A stretch of DNA of 63,771 nt, the filler included, from an uncultured Gemmatimonadota bacterium (lineage in GTDB: Bacteria; Blakebacterota; Blakebacteria; Blakebacterales; Blakebacteraceae): NCBI GenBank assembly GCA_964576115.1. It is 4 parts of 4 records of this genome, joined end to end, with 100 filler letters (N's around TTAATTAATTAA, not from the genome) between each part and the next. Parts side by side here need not be neighbours in the genome. Positions count along the whole stretch, not along the records: positions 58,590 to 63,771 come from CAZNUA010000103.1; 3 more parts are not named here. One strand, 5' to 3'. The position numbers and the translations under genes are program-made. Positions 59,227-63,771 of the stretch are shown piece by piece. The notes below the pieces were generated by a model. The model did not search any database, was not told where the DNA came from, and worked only from the letters and a program-made list of their open reading frames with translations. How positions within the stretch are numbered: the stretch's first letter is position 1; every line of letters starts with the position of its first letter.

Positions 59227-60561
59227 TCAGGTCCCCCCGATCTGCATCGAGCGCAGGCGCAGGGTCGGCGCGGTCGTGGTGCGGTTCAGATCCAGATCGG
59301 TCCCGATCACCTCGATACCGTTGAACATCTCTTCGGCGGTCGACGCGATGGTGATCCCCTTGACCGGGAAGGTTTTGCGTCCACGGCTGATCCAGAAGCC
59401 CTCGGCCCCGCCGCTGAAGTTGCCGCTCACCGGATTGATGCCGTAACCGGTCACCCCGGTCAGGTAGAGACCGCTCTCCACCCCGGCGACGATCTCGTCG
59501 GGGTCGGTATCGCCGGCCTCGATATAGAAGGCGTGCGACCCGATCCCCGGCAGGCTGGTGAAGCCGCCCCGGGAGGCGTTGCCGGTACTCTGCGTTCCGG
59601 ACCGCTCGGCGGCAATGGTGTTGTACATATAACCCTGCAGCACGCCCCGGTCGACGATGGTGCGACGCTGAGTCGGCACCCCCTCGCCGTCGAAGGGGGC
59701 GCTGGCCAGCCCCCGGGCCCGGGTGCCGTCATCCACGACGGTCATCAGCTCGGTGGCGATTGTCTCCCCCACCCGGCCGGCCAGGAAGCTGGCTCCCTGC
59801 AGGACCCGCTCGCCGTTGATGGCGCCGAGCAGACCGCCCAGCAGGCTCCCCGCCACCCGCGGGTCGAAAACGACCGTAGCACGCTGAGTGCGGACCAGGC
59901 GGGGGTCGAGCATGTCGACAGCCCGGCGGGCGGCCTCGGCGGCGACCTCTTCGGGAGCCGTCAGATCGGCGAAGAAACGCCGGTTGCACGACTCATACCC
60001 CGGACTGCGCTGCTCCCCCTTCTCGGCCACCACGGAGACCCCGTAGCCGACTCCCGAGCTGCGGTAGCTCTTGGCCAGGCCGTGGGAGTTGGCCATGAAG
60101 ACCTCGCCCTCGCCTTCGGTGTAACGGGCTCCGTCGCTGCGTGTGACACCGGTCCGGCTCATGGCCAGAGATTCGACCCGCCGCAGCAGTTCGATCTTCT
60201 CCTCCATCGGGATGGTGGCGATCTGCGGATCGTAGAGACCTTCGACCGCAGTCTGCCCGGGATCGTCGGGCAGGGTGTTGGCGTCGTCGGGAGTCAGATG
60301 CCCGGCGAACTCGATGGCACTCTCCATGGCTTCATCGAGAGCTCCGCGCGAGAGGTCGTTGCAGTGCGCAAAAGCCATCCGGTTCGCCACGAAGACCCTG
60401 ATCCCGACCCCGGTGGAAGAGGATTCCTGGACTGTTTCCACCTCGCCGTTGCGAATCTCCAGACTCAGATTGCGCCCCGTTTCGAGCCAGACCTCGGCGG
60501 CCTCGGCCCCCCTGCCCAGACACCGGTCGATGAGCTGTTCTGTCAGTCTGCCGTAATCCAT
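59227..60561 (-). CDS. pmbA: PmbA/TldE family protein
   Basis: GA.AAEV, PFDGEG, STGNASRG, NPVSGNFSGGAEG; no HExxxH; start moved to 60561. Confidence 0.85.
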   Translation of the reverse strand: MDYGRLTEQLIDRCLGRGAEAAEVWLETGRNLSLEIRNGEVETVQESSSTGVGIRVFVANRMAFAHCNDLSRGALDEAMESAIEFAGHLTPDDANTLPDDPGQTAVEGLYDPQIATIPMEEKIELLRRVESLAMSRTGVTRSDGARYTEGEGEVFMANSHGLAKSYRSSGVGYGVSVVAEKGEQRSPGYESCNRRFFADLTAPEEVAAEAARRAVDMLDPRLVRTQRATVVFDPRVAGSLLGGLLGAINGERVLQGASFLAGRVGETIATELMTVVDDGTRARGLASAPFDGEGVPTQRRTIVDRGVLQGYMYNTIAAERSGTQSTGNASRGGFTSLPGIGSHAFYIEAGDTDPDEIVAGVESGLYLTGVTGYGINPVSGNFSGGAEGFWISRGRKTFPVKGITIASTAEEMFNGIEVIGTDLDLNRTTTAPTLRLRSMQIGGT

Positions 60562-60593
60562 CGTTCTTCTCTCCTCTATTCCGGTTCCGGGTC

Positions 60594-62129
60594 TCAGGCC
60601 CTGCTGCCGCCGACGTTCATGCCGCGGATGCGCACTGTCGGCTGGCCGGCATCCACCTCGGCCGATTGCCCCTTGCCGCAGATTCCGGGGCCGAAGGCGA
60701 GGTCGGTCCCGACCGCATCGATGTTGGCGATCACTTCGAGGCAACTGCCCACCAGAGTGGCGCCCGAGACGGGGTAGGTCTTGCGCCCGTTCTCGATCTG
60801 GTAGGCCTCACGGCAGGTGAAATTGAAGACTCCGGTGATCGGGTTCACGCTCCCCCCGCTCAGGCTCTGCACGTACAGCCCTCGGGGTGTGGAACTCACG
60901 ATCGCCTCGGGATCGGAGGTGCCGGTATCGATGAAGGTATTGGTCATGCGGGGGATGGGAATATAGCGGAAGCTCTCCCGCCGGCCGTTGCCGGTGCGCT
61001 CCTGGCCGATCTGGCGGGCCGAGAGGATGTCGGTCATGTACTTGACGAGCACACCGTCGTCGATCAGGACGTTGCGCTGCATCTGGGTGCCCTCGTCGTC
61101 GAAGTCGGTCGTGCCGCGGTGGTTGGGCAGGCTGCCGTCATCGACCATGGTAAAGACATCGCTGGCGACTTTCTGCCCCAGCTTGCCGGTGAAGGCGCCG
61201 ACTTCGCGGGCGATGTTGTCGGCCTCGAGCGGGTGACCGACCGCCTCGTGGACCAGCACACCCCCCCACCCGTTCTGCATCACCACATCCAGGCGCCCGG
61301 CCGGCGCCTCGCGGGCGTCGAGCATTGCGATCGATTCCCGGGCGGCGGTGCGGGCCACCTCTTCGGGGGGTACCTCGTCGAACATCTCGAATCCGGAGTG
61401 GCGGCTGAGCCGCTCACGGCTCAGGTGGCGCCGGCCGTTGCCCGCCCCGAGAGTCTGGACGATGAAAAAGAGCAGGGGCAGTTCATCGGTCAGGTAGACC
61501 CCCTCGCTGGTGGCGATGATACGCGCACGGACTTCATCGTAGTAACTGATGATCGCCATCTGGATGCGGGGATCGTACTCCAGAGCGGCGGCATCGGCCC
61601 GCTGCATCACGTCGAGACGCCGCTCATCGGCGACCTCGCCCAGGGGGACTTCGACCGTGATGAATGAGTCGCGCGCGGAGAATGCGTCGATCGGCACCGG
61701 CTCGATCGCCCCCGAACCGGTAGCCACGGTCGCGGCCACCTCGGCCGCCCGCCGCAGGTTCTCGGGGGTGATCTCTTCGGTGTAGGCATAGCCGGTCCGA
61801 TCGCCGGCGATCACCCGCACCCCGGCTCCCTGGCTGACCCCCACGGTGGCACTCTTGAAAGTCGATTCCTCCATCTGGATGTTCCGGGAGATGCGGTGTT
61901 CGACATAGACATCGGCGAAATCGCCACCCCCGTCCAGAGCGGTGCGCAAGGTCCGGTTGAGCAGATCGCGGTCAACCTCGACCCCGCTTCCGGCCGACGA
62001 ACCGCAGGCCGAGATGGCACCGAGCACCGTCGGTGCCGCAGCCAGGGCCAGAGAACCGCGCGCGGCGCGGCCCAAGAACTCCCGCCGGGGGATATCGTCA
62101 ACGTAGTACGCGTAGTGCAGCATGTTCAC
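60594..62129 (-). CDS. tldD: TldD metalloprotease with Tat (lipoprotein) signal
   Basis: HEAVGH, DDEG, TGNGRRES, PRMTNT, CGKGQ; N-terminal PRREFL...AISAC. Confidence 0.88.
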   Translation of the reverse strand: MNMLHYAYYVDDIPRREFLGRAARGSLALAAAPTVLGAISACGSSAGSGVEVDRDLLNRTLRTALDGGGDFADVYVEHRISRNIQMEESTFKSATVGVSQGAGVRVIAGDRTGYAYTEEITPENLRRAAEVAATVATGSGAIEPVPIDAFSARDSFITVEVPLGEVADERRLDVMQRADAAALEYDPRIQMAIISYYDEVRARIIATSEGVYLTDELPLLFFIVQTLGAGNGRRHLSRERLSRHSGFEMFDEVPPEEVARTAARESIAMLDAREAPAGRLDVVMQNGWGGVLVHEAVGHPLEADNIAREVGAFTGKLGQKVASDVFTMVDDGSLPNHRGTTDFDDEGTQMQRNVLIDDGVLVKYMTDILSARQIGQERTGNGRRESFRYIPIPRMTNTFIDTGTSDPEAIVSSTPRGLYVQSLSGGSVNPITGVFNFTCREAYQIENGRKTYPVSGATLVGSCLEVIANIDAVGTDLAFGPGICGKGQSAEVDAGQPTVRIRGMNVGGSRA

Positions 62130-62189
62130 GGGCTCCTTTGTTCAGAACGGCACCGGCTTGCCCGGCCGCCACTCTCGGCAGTGCTCTTC

Positions 62190-63770
62190 CTACCAGCGGT
62201 TGTTGTATTTCGACCAGAGGTCGTCGCCGAGCTGCCAGTAGGCAGACACTGTCGAACCGGCCAGCTCGTGGCAGTAGCGGGTCAGGTACTCGCGGGCGGC
62301 GGCAGGATTCTGGCGATAGAGGCGCTGGGCCTCGGCGTCGATCTCGGCCTGCCGGGCGAAGGCCTCGATTTCGATCGGCTCCCAGACCGCCTGCAGGTCG
62401 CTCTTCATTTCTTCGTAGCGCATGTAGGAGAGCTTGCTGGCGCGCCGGAAGGCCCACCAGGCGCAGTCGGTCCGATACCCCGCCCGGCCATCGATCAGAT
62501 ACGACTCGGGCATCTGCGAGATGCCGATGTAGAAAGGCAGGTGCGGGGTGGTGGCCGGGTTGTCGTAACCGAGCCAGACCACCCCGCCGATCGGGTCGGG
62601 GAGCCAGTCGCGCGACTGGGTCACCTGCAGGTAGGTCGCCGCGGGGGAGCAGATGGTACGCTCGCGTTCGATCCCGAACAGGGTCCGATAGTCGCCGCTC
62701 ATGAAGGGATTGGCCACCGGGCTCTTGACGACCTCCCCCCGCCGGTTCACAGAGGTCAGGTTACGGGTCATGTCGAAGGGAGTATCCGCATAGGTGTCAC
62801 GGAAAATGGCCAGGATATCGGCCACCGTGACTTTGTGCTCCGGTTTGACACTGAAAGGGAAGTTCTCCGATTCGGGATGCAGACCGAGCGAGGGAGCCAG
62901 CAGGCTCAGGACCCGCCACTCCCGCCGCCGGCAGTACATGCTGTTGCGGTCTGCGTAGGCGTAGCAGAATTCGAACTCTTCGCCGCTCTCGGGATCCCAC
63001 CAACCCATCTCCTCGGCCAGGCTGAAGACGTTTTCCGAAGCCATGTAGTACTCGGGATCATCGAGGTCGATCCGGCGGATCCGGTGAGCGTTGGCCGACA
63101 CCCCGATCTCGTCGTCGGGGATCCGCACCGCCGCCCAGACCGCCCCGACCTTTCCCCGTCCGGGGCCGAGAATCTCGAAGTGCCAGACCTCTTTCGGATC
63201 GGCGAAGGTAAAGCACTCGCCCCAGTCGTTGTAGCCGTACTCCCGGGTCAGCTCGTCGGCGACCCGGATCGCTTCGCGGGCGGTACGGGCCCGCTCGAGA
63301 ACGAGCCGGTAGAGTTCGGGGGCATCGATCAGACCGTCGGGGCTCATCAGCTCGCGCTTGCCCCCGGTCGTGGTCTCGCCGATGGCGAGCTGGTGCTCGT
63401 TCATGACCGGATAGGCGGTGTTCATGAAGCTGTAGGTCTCGCGTACCTGGGGAATTTCTCCGACGGCGATCCTTTCCGGATCGTCGGGGCCCGAAGTCCG
63501 CTTGGGCCGCATCCAGATCGGAGCCGTCGCACCCGCGGGGTGCTCGCGGTGCGGTTCGATCGAGATCCAGGTGCGGTCGGTGCCCGAGTCGCACGAGTGC
63601 GAGGTCATGGTCGAACCGTCGGCCGAGGCCAGACGGCCGACCAGGATCGAGGTGCAGCTCTCGCCGTAGAAGACGGAATCGATCGCGGACTTCTCGCGCG
63701 GTACGATCAGAACGAGAGCCAGAACGAGCAGCGGCAGAGACGCCGCCAGGAACCAGCGTCGGCGGGAGAT
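62190..63770 (-). CDS. C69-family (Ntn) dipeptidase, secreted; start lies beyond window
   Basis: Frame extends upstream of 63608 as ISRRRWFLAASLPLLVLALVL...ESCTSILVGRLASADGSTMTSH; MNEHQLAIGET, TAREAI, WAAVRIPDD. Confidence 0.85.
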   Translation of the reverse strand: MSRRRWFLAASLPLLVLALVLIVPREKSAIDSVFYGESCTSILVGRLASADGSTMTSHSCDSGTDRTWISIEPHREHPAGATAPIWMRPKRTSGPDDPERIAVGEIPQVRETYSFMNTAYPVMNEHQLAIGETTTGGKRELMSPDGLIDAPELYRLVLERARTAREAIRVADELTREYGYNDWGECFTFADPKEVWHFEILGPGRGKVGAVWAAVRIPDDEIGVSANAHRIRRIDLDDPEYYMASENVFSLAEEMGWWDPESGEEFEFCYAYADRNSMYCRRREWRVLSLLAPSLGLHPESENFPFSVKPEHKVTVADILAIFRDTYADTPFDMTRNLTSVNRRGEVVKSPVANPFMSGDYRTLFGIERERTICSPAATYLQVTQSRDWLPDPIGGVVWLGYDNPATTPHLPFYIGISQMPESYLIDGRAGYRTDCAWWAFRRASKLSYMRYEEMKSDLQAVWEPIEIEAFARQAEIDAEAQRLYRQNPAAAREYLTRYCHELAGSTVSAYWQLGDDLWSKYNNRW

Positions 63771-63771
63771 C

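Overview
High-GC bacterial sequence, probably a draft or metagenome assembly. It consists of four separate contigs joined by artificial N44-TTAATTAATTAA-N44 linkers (19480-19579, 39039-39138, 58490-58589), with three further 100-N scaffold gaps, so adjacency across linkers is meaningless. Contig 1 carries a Lol/MacB-type ABC envelope cluster, an S9 peptidase, a dual-receiver regulator, an ABC transporter, an mrfAB-like helicase/exonuclease pair, an Hpt protein and a kinase-less beta-propeller sensor. Contig 2 carries two PadR plus duplicated-permease modules, an M23 peptidase, a spermidine-synthase-like membrane protein, two AbiEii-type toxin-antitoxin pairs and an AAA_14/DUF4143 ATPase. Contig 3 carries the lexA 5' end, a DUF5686-type outer-membrane protein, a proline/sarcosine dehydrogenase-like operon, MATE, an M61 peptidase, a trxB-hdrA-trx-hdrC-hdrB operon, UspA and two more PadR genes. 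Contig 4 carries a C69 peptidase, a Tat-signal TldD and PmbA. The best candidate for an undescribed system is the Hdr-thioredoxin operon: its TrxR has lost the NAD(P)H-binding motifs, its HdrA lacks the C-terminal ferredoxin domain, a thioredoxin is embedded in the operon, and there is no mvhD or flx. Two regulatory patterns were read directly from the DNA: (i) an ECF-sigma-like AAC-N17-CGT promoter plus a paralog-specific palindrome before all four padR genes, and (ii) a GCGAA-N6-GCGAA candidate SOS box shared by lexA and mrfAB. All family assignments come from motif recognition; no searches were run.
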